From contig CBDFJQ010000002.1 in NCBI GenBank assembly GCA_965248575.1, positions 3,744,001 to 3,808,000 on the forward strand: 64,000 nt of DNA, in the 5' to 3' direction. Under the pieces are notes generated by a model that made no database searches, had not been told where the DNA came from, and saw only the letters and a program-made list of their open reading frames with translations. Source of the DNA: Planctomycetota bacterium (GTDB lineage: Bacteria > Planctomycetota > B15-G4). A program made the position numbers and the translations under genes. Below are positions 30,591-40,961 of the stretch, piece by piece (position 1 is the first letter of the stretch; each line of letters begins with the position of its first letter).

Positions 30591-31589
30591 GTGTCCGCCA
30601 ACTCCTTCGGTGAACTCTTCTGCATCACCAGCTTCGGGGAGTCCCACGGACCGAGCCTGGGCGTCGTCATCGACGGCTGTCCCGCGGGCATTCCACTTGC
30701 CGAAGCGGATTTCCTACCGGAGCTGGCGCGGCGGCGACCGGGTCAGAGCCCTCTGTCCACTGCGCGGCAGGAATCCGATGCGCCTTCGATCCAGTCCGGC
30801 GTGTTCCGTGGCCTGACCACGGGGATGCCCATCGCCGTGCTGGTGCAGAACGAAGGGCAGCGCTCTGCCGACTACGACGCGTTGGAACACGCACCTCGGG
30901 TGGGCCATGCAGACGAGACCTACGCCGGCAAGTATGGGCATCGGGACCACCGCGGCGGCGGGCGTTCGTCAGGGCGTGAGACCGTCTCTCGGGTCATCGC
31001 CGGTGTCGTGGCGCGCAAGGTCTTGCCGGAGGGCGTGGACATCGTGGGCCACGCCGTGCGCATCGGTGCCTTGGAGGCGAAGGCCTTCAATCGGAGCGCC
31101 ATCGAAAGCAACGCCGTGCGTTGTGCCGACTCTGCGATCGCTGCCGAGATGGAGGGCTACATCCTGCAGCTCAAGGCTGAGGGCAACTCGGTGGGCGGCT
31201 TGGTGGAGATTCGTGTCGCGAACCCGCCGCCCTATCTGGGCGAGCCCGTCTTCAACAAGCTCAAGGCGCAGTTGGCCCAGGCCGTCATGAGCGTGGGAGC
31301 CGTGACGGGCTTCGCCTTTGGCGCCGGCTTCGACACCGCGAGCATGACGGGGCAGGAGTACATCTCGGACCGCAAGCACTTCGGCGGTCTGCTGGGCGGC
31401 CTGTCCACGGGCGAGGAATTGCGCTTGTTGGTCAGCATCAAACCCACGTCGTCCATCGCGGACGTCGCGCGCAAGGGGCGACACGATCCGTGCATCGTGC
31501 CGCGCGTCATTCCAGTGCTCGAAGCCATGGTGGCGGTCGTCTTGGCCGATGCTTGGCTCGTGCATCGTGCCCGTCGGCCCGGCGATTGA
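30591..31589 (+). CDS. aroC: Chorismate synthase
   Basis: NSFG, SFGESHG, RRRPGQS, GHAD, RGGGRSSGRET, KPTSSI and GRHDPCIVPR. Confidence 0.95.
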   Translation: MSANSFGELFCITSFGESHGPSLGVVIDGCPAGIPLAEADFLPELARRRPGQSPLSTARQESDAPSIQSGVFRGLTTGMPIAVLVQNEGQRSADYDALEHAPRVGHADETYAGKYGHRDHRGGGRSSGRETVSRVIAGVVARKVLPEGVDIVGHAVRIGALEAKAFNRSAIESNAVRCADSAIAAEMEGYILQLKAEGNSVGGLVEIRVANPPPYLGEPVFNKLKAQLAQAVMSVGAVTGFAFGAGFDTASMTGQEYISDRKHFGGLLGGLSTGEELRLLVSIKPTSSIADVARKGRHDPCIVPRVIPVLEAMVAVVLADAWLVHRARRPGD

Positions 31590-31626
31590 AGACGTCGGCC
31601 AGCTGAACGGGCGGGCGTAGGAGTGG

Positions 31627-32352
31627 ATGCCGATGGGCTTGCTCGAGAGATCTTGGAGTGTGCTGAAACAGCTTGGGGCGCTGGGGCCTCTCGCGGTCTT
31701 CATGGTGGTCGGCCCCGGGTTCGGCGCTGTGTTGCTCAGTGCCACGGGACCTCAGTGGTTTGACCCGCTTGCAGGGCTGCAGCCCGTGTGGACAGTCGCG
31801 TGTTTCTTGGCGGCCAGCGCACTGCTCGCGGGCTTGTCATTGATACCGACGCACGCCGTCTCGCTGGTGGCGGGCCTGTTGTTCGGCGTGGGTTACGGAA
31901 CCGCAGGCGCATTGCTGGCCATTGGCGGGGCAGCGATCTTCGGCTACCTGGTGTTGCGAAGTCTGGTGGGGGGGCGCGCCCTGCGAACGCTCGAGGAAGC
32001 GCCTCGGGCGGCGGCCGTGCATCGCGCCCTGCTGCAGCGCAAGGGGCGCCTGCTGTGCCTGGTCCTGCTCATCCGCCTGTCGCCCGTGGTGCCGTTTGCG
32101 GGGACCAACCTGTTGTTGGCTGCCGCTGGCGTGCGGTTCCACGAGTTCTTCGTGGGGTCCATGCTCGGCCTGGCCCCGCGCATCGTCGCGGTCGTCATGG
32201 CCGGCGCCGGCCTTTCGGAGCTGGATCTCTCGTCGAGCGCCGACCTGCGCACGGCGGTCCTGGGAGGGGTGGCCACGGTGGTGGTTTTGTTCCTCATGGG
32301 GCGCATCGCCCGCTCCGCCTTGCGCGAAGCCACCGCTGAGGCCACCGCTTAG
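31627..32352 (+). CDS. VTT/TVP38-TMEM64 (DedA-like) membrane protein
   Basis: Multiple TM helices; AGLLFG and IRLSPVVPFAGTNL motifs. Confidence 0.82.
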   Translation: MPMGLLERSWSVLKQLGALGPLAVFMVVGPGFGAVLLSATGPQWFDPLAGLQPVWTVACFLAASALLAGLSLIPTHAVSLVAGLLFGVGYGTAGALLAIGGAAIFGYLVLRSLVGGRALRTLEEAPRAAAVHRALLQRKGRLLCLVLLIRLSPVVPFAGTNLLLAAAGVRFHEFFVGSMLGLAPRIVAVVMAGAGLSELDLSSSADLRTAVLGGVATVVVLFLMGRIARSALREATAEATA

Positions 32353-32408
32353 ATCACGGGGCCTGCCGCCCGACTGCCTGCCGTGAACTTGCGGCGGCAC
32401 ACCAACAG

Positions 32409-33620
32409 CTAGCGCTTGCAGCGCCCCTTCAGCTGTTGATTCAGGTTGGCGAGAAACAGTCCTGCGTCCGTGACGATCGGCAAGGTGTGCGAGCTGCCTC
32501 GGTCACACAGCTTGGAGGCCACGGCCGGGTTGATGTCGACGCACACCAGGGTGACCGAGGCGGGGATCATGTTGCCGACGCCGATCCCGTGCAGCATGGT
32601 GCCGAGCACGACGACCAGACCAGCCCCCTTGAGCAGCGCGGCGTAGCGTTTCTGCGCGGCGATGAGGTCCATCTCGGTGTCGGGCAGGGGGCCGTCGTCG
32701 CGAATGGAGCCGGCGAGGCTGAAGGGCACATCGGACTCCACCAGCGCGTGCATGATGCCGCGCTTGATCAGTCCCTTCTTCACCGCGCCCTTCAAGCTGC
32801 CTGCGGAGCGCACCAGGTTGATGGCCCGCATGTGGTTCATGTGTCCGTGCATCACCGGCTTGCCGGTGTCCTGGCTCACGCCGAGGCTGGTGCCGAGCAC
32901 CGCTGCTTCCACGTCATGCACGGCCAGGGCATTGCCAGCCAAGACGGCATCGACCCAACCCCGACGGATGAGGCCCGCCAGGGAGTCCGCCTGCCCGCTG
33001 TGCACGAGCACCGGGCCCCCGACGATGACCACCTTCTTGCCCGCGGCCTTCATCTCGCGCCACATGTCGGCCAGCAGCCGAGCCTGGCTTTCCGTGCGCC
33101 GCTCGCTCGAGATGTCGCTGGACATGAACGTGAAGTCGCTCTCATCCCGTTGGCGCGTGTCGGGCGTGACGGCGACGCCGCTGTGCCCCATGACGACCTG
33201 CTGGCCCCTTGCGAGGTCGCGCAGCTTCACGCAGTGTGGCGGCCCGTCGCCGACCACCACCACCGCGTCCATGCGTTGGTTGCGCGCCAGCTTCCAGCGC
33301 CCATCCACCCGCACCTTCGTCGGCAGGTTGGTGGTGGAGTAGAAGCCGTCCGGAGCAACGCCTGCCCGAAGCACCGGGCTCAGGTCGACGTCCTTCTCCT
33401 CGGGAGTCGAGAACCCCAAGGCGCCGAGGTTGTTCACCAGGGCGTCGAGGTTCTTGCGGTTAGGTGCGCTGACTTCGAGGGCGACGTGGCTGGTCTCGTC
33501 GTTGTGGCGCCCGATGTCGAAGTGCATGACTTCATAGGTGCCGCCAGCATTGGTGACCGCGTCGAGCGCCTTGCCGAGGATCCCCGCGTCGATGAGGTGC
33601 CCGTGGGCTTCAAGTCGCAC
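32409..33620 (-). CDS. TIGR00300 family (LOR/SDH-like, putative ornithine cyclodeaminase)
   Basis: GHLIDAG, APDGFYSTTN, RMD, FTFMSSDISSER, GNALAVHD, LAGSIRDDGPLPDT, TMLHGIGVGN and CVDINP. Confidence 0.88.
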   Translation of the reverse strand: MRLEAHGHLIDAGILGKALDAVTNAGGTYEVMHFDIGRHNDETSHVALEVSAPNRKNLDALVNNLGALGFSTPEEKDVDLSPVLRAGVAPDGFYSTTNLPTKVRVDGRWKLARNQRMDAVVVVGDGPPHCVKLRDLARGQQVVMGHSGVAVTPDTRQRDESDFTFMSSDISSERRTESQARLLADMWREMKAAGKKVVIVGGPVLVHSGQADSLAGLIRRGWVDAVLAGNALAVHDVEAAVLGTSLGVSQDTGKPVMHGHMNHMRAINLVRSAGSLKGAVKKGLIKRGIMHALVESDVPFSLAGSIRDDGPLPDTEMDLIAAQKRYAALLKGAGLVVVLGTMLHGIGVGNMIPASVTLVCVDINPAVASKLCDRGSSHTLPIVTDAGLFLANLNQQLKGRCKR

Positions 33621-33623
33621 GCT

Positions 33624-34211
33624 TCAGTCCGCCTCTTCATAGGGGTTGGGTCTGTCACCCAGGGGGTCGAAGCCGACGAGTGCGGCCACCCAATCACAGA
33701 GCTGGGCGACGTTTACGCCCAAGGAGGCGCCGATGTATGCGAGGTGCACGCCGACCTCGACCTGGCTGCCGCGTACGAGCATCTGCAGCGGCGGGCTGAG
33801 ATCGTCAAGCCGCACGTCCTCGATGGGTACGTTCAGGATGAAGTAGACGTCCTCCGCCAGATAGGCGGGGACGACCTGGTCGGCGTCGGGGGTGGGTTCC
33901 TCGTCGTACCAGCGATCGGTGATGCCGTGGTAGAGAGGGATGGCGTAGCTGCGTTCGCGCCAGAGGCCGGCCACGCCGTGGTCGGTGCCGATGTAATAGC
34001 TGTCGGGCATCCAAGCGCCGATGATGGTGAACAACGAAGCGCGGGCGGAGACCTTGATCCCCGGGCTCGAGGAAACCCCCAAGCCGAGGTGGAAGCTCTC
34101 GCCGAAGTCCTTGCCGACGTGGTGGGCGTAGGCGCAGCCGGGGGCAAGCAGCACGCACGCCAGGAAGGCGATTGCCAAGCTGCGGGGTGTGATGAGTCGC
34201 GGGCGGTGCAT
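33624..34211 (-). CDS. Hypothetical lipoprotein
   Basis: LAPG/C lipobox; C-terminal DWVAALVGFDPLGD; abuts the TIGR00300 gene. Confidence 0.65.
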   Translation of the reverse strand: MHRPRLITPRSLAIAFLACVLLAPGCAYAHHVGKDFGESFHLGLGVSSSPGIKVSARASLFTIIGAWMPDSYYIGTDHGVAGLWRERSYAIPLYHGITDRWYDEEPTPDADQVVPAYLAEDVYFILNVPIEDVRLDDLSPPLQMLVRGSQVEVGVHLAYIGASLGVNVAQLCDWVAALVGFDPLGDRPNPYEEAD

Positions 34212-34274
34212 GGGCGTGATGCCGGTCGGTCTTTCAAGAGGGAGTCAACGGAACACAAAGCGTCATGGGCAAGC

Positions 34275-35054
34275 CTAGCTGCCGGACGCCTCGACGGGAT
34301 AGCGACCCTCGAGCGCGTCGGCGATGATCGACTTCACGTCTTCCGGGAAGTCCTTGTCCATGACCCAGCGCAGGTAGTTGGCCTCCTTCTCGACCATCTC
34401 CTTCAGGGAGCGGTCCTTGTGCTTGCCGAAGGTGATCACGGCCTCGCCGCAGTGCCAGGCGAACTTGCCAGCGCTGTCGATCCAGTTCGGGTCGCTGGGG
34501 TGCAGGAAGTCATGCAGGGCGTCGACCTCCTGGGGCAGCTCGGAGTAGCGCGCGAGTTGCGCTTCGAGCACATCGGCGGTGGCGACGGCGTCGGCCAGGG
34601 CGCGATGGGCCCCTTCATGGGAGCGGCCGCAGTAGAATGAGACGGCGGCCGTGAGGCTGCGTGGCTCCTGGAGCACGAAGAGGGTGCGACTGTCGATGAC
34701 CTTGGTGCCGGGCGCAGGGAAGCTCAGACCGACGCGCCGGAACTCGGCGGCGATCAGGGGGATGTCGAAGCGCTCTGCGTGAAAACCGGAGAGATCGCAG
34801 CCTTCGAAGGCGGCCTGGATCTCCGCTGCGAGCTGCTCGAAGGAGGGCGCCTCGGCCACGTCCTCATCCTGGATGCCGTGCACCTTGCTGGCGCCCGGCG
34901 GAATGGGTTGCCCGGGATTCACCAACCAGCTTTGGGAATCGCGGGATCCGTCGGGCATCAACTTCACCATGGCCACCTCGACGATGCGGTCGGTGGCTGG
35001 GTTGACGCCGGTGGTTTCGAGATCAAAGACAGCAAGGGGTCGGTTCAGTTTCAT
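34275..35054 (-). CDS. DEDDh 3'-5' exonuclease (DnaQ/Pol III epsilon-like)
   Basis: ExoI FDLETTG, ExoII RFDIP, ExoIII AHRALAD; C-terminal ITFGKHKD...YLRW. Confidence 0.9.
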   Translation of the reverse strand: MKLNRPLAVFDLETTGVNPATDRIVEVAMVKLMPDGSRDSQSWLVNPGQPIPPGASKVHGIQDEDVAEAPSFEQLAAEIQAAFEGCDLSGFHAERFDIPLIAAEFRRVGLSFPAPGTKVIDSRTLFVLQEPRSLTAAVSFYCGRSHEGAHRALADAVATADVLEAQLARYSELPQEVDALHDFLHPSDPNWIDSAGKFAWHCGEAVITFGKHKDRSLKEMVEKEANYLRWVMDKDFPEDVKSIIADALEGRYPVEASGS

Positions 35055-35208
35055 GCGTACAGGATGCTTGGGAGCGCTGTTCGGCTCCAGCGTTGGAGTG
35101 ATGGAATCTGGGTCCATGTGCACGGAACCCAGGGCTCGATACAATCGACGCCCCAGAGGAGCCGGTGAGCGGCCCAGAGGCGGGAGCCCCAAAGTGATGA
35201 GGGAAGCG

Positions 35209-35808
35209 ATGACGGAAGCCATGACCAATCCCGAGACGGAGCCCGTGTCCCATCCGGCGACGGAGGCAGCCAGGAAGGAAGTGGCGCGCGTCCGGGATCA
35301 GGTGGCACAGGCGGAAGGTGCCGCTGCTCAACTGGCGGACGCTCGTGCCGAGCTGGACAAGTTGTCCCGGGGGCTCGAGTCAGCGGAACGGCAATTGATG
35401 ACGGCGATGCAGCGCCTGTCCGGCTTCGTGGAGCAGATCGACGCGCTGGACCCGGCCGCCTTGGATGAGACGGTGCTGACGGTGTCGGATCGGGTCTCCC
35501 GCATCGAAGACAATGTGGCCAAGTTGGAGCGCCTCAGCCAGGCGGAAGCGCGGACGCAGAAGGGCGCGCTCGAGTCGTTGGGGGCCGACGTGAAGGCGAG
35601 TCTTCGCGATGCCGAGCGCAAGACGGAGGCTGTTCTCAAGAAGGTCTCGGATTCCGTGCGGGCAGCTCATGATCAGTCCATGCAGCAATGGGATGCCGTG
35701 GAGGGACGCGATCAGGAGTTGTCAGCCCAGCTGGAAGCGACACGCAAGATGGTCACTGCGGTGGGCATCTTCGTCGCCATCGTCCTCATTTGGGGCTTCA
35801 TCGCCTGA
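35209..35808 (+). CDS. Coiled-coil protein with C-terminal TM helix
   Basis: Heptad-rich sequence ending in VGIFVAIVLIWGFIA; start uncertain. Confidence 0.65.
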   Translation: MTEAMTNPETEPVSHPATEAARKEVARVRDQVAQAEGAAAQLADARAELDKLSRGLESAERQLMTAMQRLSGFVEQIDALDPAALDETVLTVSDRVSRIEDNVAKLERLSQAEARTQKGALESLGADVKASLRDAERKTEAVLKKVSDSVRAAHDQSMQQWDAVEGRDQELSAQLEATRKMVTAVGIFVAIVLIWGFIA

Positions 35809-35902
35809 GTCGCGCGCCCGGGGCTAGAGCGGGGGCACAGGTGCACCACGGGTGGATCCAAAATGTTTAGGATGCGGGAACCCCTTGGAATGGAGTCCTC
35901 AC

Positions 35903-37120
35903 GTGAATGCCCTGAAAACCAGCCTGACCACCCTCTCTCTACTGTGCGCCATGGGTTCGGCGACGGCGCAGATCGTCAAGGTGCCGCAGGACTTCGGCAC
36001 TATCCAGGAAGCGATTGACGGCGCTGCGGACGGCGACACGATCCAGATCTCCTCGGGCACCTATGACGAGGCTGTCGTGGTGGACGGACGAGATGGCCTC
36101 ACGCTGAAGGGCAAGGGCAAGGTGGTCATCAACGGGGGCGGTGCCGATCACACGATCACCGTCAACGACTCCACCACCATCTCCATCGAAAAGGTGCGGG
36201 TGACGGGCGGCGCGCTCACAGGCGCGTTGGTGACAGGCTCGACGACCGTGACCATCGCCAAGTGCCGCTTCCTGGCTAACACGGCGGACAACATCACTGC
36301 CATCAACACCATGGGGCTCTTCGTGGAGAAGAACTCCATTCTGGGTGGCACCGGTTACGGCGTGCACTCGGAAGGCGGCGACTCGATCCTGGTCACCAAG
36401 AACCGCATCTCCTTCGTGGGCATCGACGGAATCCGGGTCGCGACGGCCACGACGGATGCCCCTAAAGGGCTGCCGTTGGCGGAAGTCTCCAAGAACCGCG
36501 TGGCGGGCGCTGGAGATGACGGCATCGAAGTCCTGGGTTCGAACATCCTGGTGTCCAAGAACCGGGTGATCGTTGCGGGGGACGACGGCATCGAGGTCGA
36601 GGGCGTGCTTCCCGAGCTGGGAGATGACTTCATCACGATCGAGAAGAACGTGATCCGTCTCGCAGCGGACGATGGCCTCAACTTGAACGGGCAGGGCGTC
36701 ACGGCCCAGAAGAACAACATCGTGATGGCAGGAGACAACGGCATCCGCATTGACGGTGGGGGCAGGAACACCATCTTCAAGAATCGCGTGGTGCGCTCCG
36801 GTGACGACGGCATCGAGACCAAGGCCGAGGACACAGAGGGCGGAAGCGGTGACGCAGACGACAACCACATCGAGAAGAACTCCGTGCGCCGCAGCGACGA
36901 GGACGGGCTGGACATCGAGTCTTCGGGCAACACGCTGGTCAAGAACGTCTCAGCCAAGAGCGGCAACAATGGCGTGCTCGTGCAGGGCGGTGGGAACGCC
37001 TTCACCCGGAACAAGTCGCGCAAGAGCGGCGACTTCGACCTCTCCGACCTGAGTGACGGCTCCAACACCTACGACAAGGACGTCTTCAAGACCATCGACC
37101 CCGAAGGCAATCAGCCCTAG
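35903..37120 (+). CDS. Secreted right-handed parallel beta-helix repeat protein
   Basis: Signal peptide; VPQDFGTIQEAID; repeated KNRV..AGDDGI units. Confidence 0.85.
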   Translation: MNALKTSLTTLSLLCAMGSATAQIVKVPQDFGTIQEAIDGAADGDTIQISSGTYDEAVVVDGRDGLTLKGKGKVVINGGGADHTITVNDSTTISIEKVRVTGGALTGALVTGSTTVTIAKCRFLANTADNITAINTMGLFVEKNSILGGTGYGVHSEGGDSILVTKNRISFVGIDGIRVATATTDAPKGLPLAEVSKNRVAGAGDDGIEVLGSNILVSKNRVIVAGDDGIEVEGVLPELGDDFITIEKNVIRLAADDGLNLNGQGVTAQKNNIVMAGDNGIRIDGGGRNTIFKNRVVRSGDDGIETKAEDTEGGSGDADDNHIEKNSVRRSDEDGLDIESSGNTLVKNVSAKSGNNGVLVQGGGNAFTRNKSRKSGDFDLSDLSDGSNTYDKDVFKTIDPEGNQP

Positions 37121-38451
37121 CCGTCCTGGCCGCGGGTGGGGCTGGGAACGCTCTCGGCTTCCAGGTGGGAGCGCCAAACGTCCTCCAGGCTGGCGAGATC
37201 CTCGGCGTAGATGTCCTCCAGCAGCTTGTCGAAGAGCTCGGGGCTGGGGTCGAGCGGCGTCGCGCTGTAGAGACGGCGGAACTTCTCCAGGCCGTGCGTC
37301 TCGAACAGGAACTTCACGAAGGATCCGCTCTGCGGGTAGGTGATGAGGTCGTCCTGGCCCCGGAAGCCCGTGGTGGCCACGATCTGTTCCAGGGGCAAGA
37401 GGCTTCCGTCAGCGAGCATGCGGCGGGCCGGAACGTCCACCGGCTCCGCGTGCCAGCTTCCCGAGAGGTGGACGGCGAGGCCCTCGGCCAGCAAGGCGCT
37501 ACCAGACCCCCAGGTGCGGGTCAGGAGGTGCACCACTTCGTGGCGGTCAGTCCAGAAGATGCTGTGGATCTCGTCGCTGCCTTCGACGTGGGCGTTGCCG
37601 GCAACCCCCGTGATGGCCGCCTTGCGCGCGTTGTCGGGGTAGTAGTAGTACTGCACGGGTTGGCTGAGCTGCGTTTCCAGGTGCCGTTCCAGCTCAGTGA
37701 GGAACGCTTCGTTGGTCTTGACCACGAGGTCGGGCGGAGTCCCGTCGTGTTCCCAGTGGTAGATGTAGCGGCCACGGTCGGCTTCTTTCCATTCCGCTTG
37801 GGCCAGGGGCACGAGGCTGACGTCGTCGAACCACGCGCTGCCTGAGCACGTCAGGAAGCAGCCGACCGTGGCGTGAGCGGCGCCGGCTGGCGCGCGGACC
37901 AGCCGTTCGACCTTCGTCCAGCCATGGGTCCCCACCAGAGGGTGGGTCGCAACCACCGGCGCTCCGCCTTCTGAGGGGATCACGGAACCCTCGGCTGTCT
38001 GGAACTGCACGAAGAGGTTGCAGTTGAGGTATTGGGAGCCCGTGCGTTGCACCTGCGCCGTGCGCATCCAGCCCCTGAGCAGGTAGCGTTGTCCCGCTCG
38101 GACGCCGAGACCGGACTGCAGCGCCGCCAACCATCGAACCGTCTGTGCGTCTCCTTGCAGCTTGAGGCTAGAAGCCCCTGCATGTGCGACGGAGTTGTCG
38201 TGCGTCAGAACGGACTGGGCGTTCCCATCGGCATGAACAGCCATCACAGCGGAATGCCAGTGGCGAGGGGCTCGCTCAGCATCGAAGGACTCGCCAGCGG
38301 GTTCCTCGAAGGATTCGTTATGCAGAACAGGCCCCGAGCTGCCGTCTTGAGCCTGCACGCCCCCTGTTGCTGCCATGAGCATCAGCAGGCAACGCAGTGC
38401 CCAGGCTGACCCGCTCACGGAAACGAGCTGCTTGGGCTGAACCGGCTTCAC
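37117..38451 (-). CDS. Secreted CBM4/9-like domain + peptidase MA-like (HExxH) protein
   Basis: LHNESFEE...GTHGWTKV...AWFDDVSL jelly-roll, then DRHEVVH...LAEGLA...YPQSGSFVKFL. Start uncertain. Confidence 0.72.
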   Translation of the reverse strand: MKPVQPKQLVSVSGSAWALRCLLMLMAATGGVQAQDGSSGPVLHNESFEEPAGESFDAERAPRHWHSAVMAVHADGNAQSVLTHDNSVAHAGASSLKLQGDAQTVRWLAALQSGLGVRAGQRYLLRGWMRTAQVQRTGSQYLNCNLFVQFQTAEGSVIPSEGGAPVVATHPLVGTHGWTKVERLVRAPAGAAHATVGCFLTCSGSAWFDDVSLVPLAQAEWKEADRGRYIYHWEHDGTPPDLVVKTNEAFLTELERHLETQLSQPVQYYYYPDNARKAAITGVAGNAHVEGSDEIHSIFWTDRHEVVHLLTRTWGSGSALLAEGLAVHLSGSWHAEPVDVPARRMLADGSLLPLEQIVATTGFRGQDDLITYPQSGSFVKFLFETHGLEKFRRLYSATPLDPSPELFDKLLEDIYAEDLASLEDVWRSHLEAESVPSPTRGQDG

Positions 38452-38761
38452 GACAGGCTGAGTGAGGATCACGAGATGACTCCGAAGGAAACGACCCGTG
38501 CTTTGGATCCTCCTGTATCGTGCAGCGCGTCCCAAAGATCTCTTCCCACTCTCCGGGTTGAGAGCCTTCTCTCTGCGGGACTCTTGGCCGGGCAGGGCCC
38601 AAGAACACCGGGCCAAAGCGCCGAGAGTTCATCAGGAGACGGTGCGTACCTCGATAGGGGTTCGCCTTCCGGAGTGCGAGCAGGTCTCGTTCCACGCGTC
38701 GATTGCTTGCAGTGCGATCGATCCCACGTCGCGCCGAGGGGCCGGTGCCGGCACTTCTCCG

Positions 38762-40438
38762 ATGAGTGAGGTCTCCACCTTGAAGTCATGGATGTCATGG
38801 ACGTTGTCCAAGTCGCGCTGCGCGAAACTTGGTGTCGCTGCAGTTGCTGCAGTCATGTTGCTGGTCGGGCCGACTTCGGCCCAGCTGACGGGCCAAGGGG
38901 GGCCGCAGAAGGGTGACCTGCCGGGTTTGCCGCAGGCCGTGGATGTGGTGCAGACGCCTGACGGACTGATCTTCGCGTCCGACCTGGGCGGCACCGAGCT
39001 GTTCACCTCTTGGGCGGAGTACGCGCTCTCCGACTTCTTCCAGCGAAACAACATGAAGTGTGGTGTGCCGCCGGTTCTCAATGACGGCAGCCTCGCCGCG
39101 AGCCAAAGCGATTGCTCGAGCAGCTTCAACAATCCCGCTGCGGAGTATGACCCGTCGGGTGGCGCGCTCTACCGGATTCCGGTGGTCGTGCACATCATCA
39201 CCACCAAGAACGGGTCGGGTGCCATTAGCGATGCGCAGGTGGACAGCCAGATCGACATCCTCAACGAGGACTTGGGGGCGCTTCCAGGCAGCCTCGGAGC
39301 CAACGGCTACGACGCCAAGATCGAGTTCTTCCTGGCCACGGAGGATCCGTCAGGCAACCCCACGACGGGTATCACCCGCTCCGCGAACAACCGCTGGTAC
39401 AACGACCAACAGGCCTACTGGAACTCCCTGGCCTGGGACACCAACCGCTACCTGAACATCTACACCAACACCGCCAGCGGCAACCTGGGCTACGCCTTCG
39501 TGCCGAACGGTGGCGGCGTGGTGGGCAACATTGCCGACCGCGTGGTGATCCTCTGGTCGTCCTTCGGGTTGAACGGTCCCATCGGTCCTCCCTACAACCT
39601 CGGCCGCACGGTGACCCACGAGGTGGGCCACTACCTCGGGCTCTACCACACCTTTGATGGTGGCTGCGCCAGCACCAGCGGTTGCAACAGCAACGGTGAC
39701 CTGATCTGCGACACGAACCCCGAGGCGTCGCCCATGACGCAGGGTGCTTGCTCGCGGGTGACGTGCTCGTCGTCGGATCCCGTCGACAACTACATGGACT
39801 ACTCGGACGACATCTGCATGCAGCGGTTCACGGTGGAGCAGGTGCGCCGCATGCGTTGCACGCTCGAGAACTGGCGTGTGGACCTGGACGGCGGCCCGAC
39901 GACTCCCACCCTGCCTGGCAAGGCGGGGAGCCCGAGCCCCTCGAACGGCGCATCCGGCGTCTCGACGAGCACGGGAACGAGTTGGTCGGCCGGTTCCGGG
40001 GCTGACGCCTACGACGTGTACTTCGGCACGGATTCCACGCCGGATGCTGGGGAGTTTGCTGGCAACCAGACAGGCACCAGCTTCAATCCGGGCACCCTCG
40101 CTGACGACACGACCTACTACTGGCGGGTCGACTCCGAGAACGCCCAGGGCACCACCACGGGCGATGTGTGGAGCTTCACCACGGCGCCCATAGGCGGCGG
40201 CGGGGTGACCCTCTCCGCAAACGGCTACAAGGTGAAGGGCAAGTGGCACGCTGACCTCAGCTGGAGCGGCGCGGCAGGCGGAACGGTCGACATCTACCGC
40301 AACGGTTCGTTGCTCACGAACACGTCCAATGATGGTGCGTACACCGATGCCACCACCTTCAAGGGTGGCGGTTCGCTCACCTACGAGGTGTGTGAGCCAG
40401 GCGGTGCCTGCAGCAACTCTGTGACAGTGAATTTCTGA
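38762..40438 (+). CDS. M43 (ulilysin/pappalysin-like) zinc metalloprotease with C-terminal Ig/FN3-like domains
   Basis: IPVVVHII, WDTNRYLNIY, GRTVTHEVGHYLGLYHTF and NYMDYSDD; C-terminal YYWRVD...WSFTT. Start uncertain. Confidence 0.9.
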   Translation: MSEVSTLKSWMSWTLSKSRCAKLGVAAVAAVMLLVGPTSAQLTGQGGPQKGDLPGLPQAVDVVQTPDGLIFASDLGGTELFTSWAEYALSDFFQRNNMKCGVPPVLNDGSLAASQSDCSSSFNNPAAEYDPSGGALYRIPVVVHIITTKNGSGAISDAQVDSQIDILNEDLGALPGSLGANGYDAKIEFFLATEDPSGNPTTGITRSANNRWYNDQQAYWNSLAWDTNRYLNIYTNTASGNLGYAFVPNGGGVVGNIADRVVILWSSFGLNGPIGPPYNLGRTVTHEVGHYLGLYHTFDGGCASTSGCNSNGDLICDTNPEASPMTQGACSRVTCSSSDPVDNYMDYSDDICMQRFTVEQVRRMRCTLENWRVDLDGGPTTPTLPGKAGSPSPSNGASGVSTSTGTSWSAGSGADAYDVYFGTDSTPDAGEFAGNQTGTSFNPGTLADDTTYYWRVDSENAQGTTTGDVWSFTTAPIGGGGVTLSANGYKVKGKWHADLSWSGAAGGTVDIYRNGSLLTNTSNDGAYTDATTFKGGGSLTYEVCEPGGACSNSVTVNF

Positions 40439-40529
40439 TTCAGCACGCGGTGCGTCGGAACCGGTTCCAGGCCTGAGCAAAGCTTGGGACGGTTTCGGCG
40501 TGCTGCGCTGAGTGCTCACGCAGGGCACA

Positions 40530-40583
40530 GGACCCGTGGATTGGAGCGCCGGTGGCGGCTCTTCAGCCCGCGGGTCTTTTTCT
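40530..40583 (+). terminator. Rho-independent terminator-like hairpin
   Basis: GGACCCGTGG...CCGCGGGTCT outer stem, inner GAGC/GCTC stem, followed by a T-run, downstream of the M43 gene. Confidence 0.55.
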
Positions 40584-40692
40584 TGCCCGAAAGAATCGGG
40601 TGCCGCTTCCCACCCACGGCTCGTTGCGCGATTCTGCGCAGTGCGCTTTGGCGCTCGTTTCCCTTCTCGCCCCAAACTGACAAGGAGCACCC

Positions 40693-40875
40693 ATGGACGT
40701 CATCAACAGCGAATGGTTTGCAGGCTGGGGCACCTTGGCTTTGGTCAACGCGGGCATCGCCCAGGGCAAGAACCGCAGCGGTGGCAACTGGTTCCTTGTG
40801 TCGATTTTCCTGGGCCCCATCGCCACCTTCGCCCTGGTGGCCTTCAGCGAGAAACTGCCCGACGCAAGAGAATGA
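40693..40875 (+). CDS. Small membrane protein
   Basis: AAGGAG RBS; GWGTLALVNAGIAQGKNRSG..WFLVSIFLGPIAT has two TM segments. Confidence 0.75.
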   Translation: MDVINSEWFAGWGTLALVNAGIAQGKNRSGGNWFLVSIFLGPIATFALVAFSEKLPDARE

Positions 40876-40961
40876 GGCGTGGCAGCTGCTGATGTGCTGG
40901 GTCGGCAGGACGATTTGACAGACTGCGGGGCGTGCTTCGATCCCCCAGCCGAGTTCCTGCC

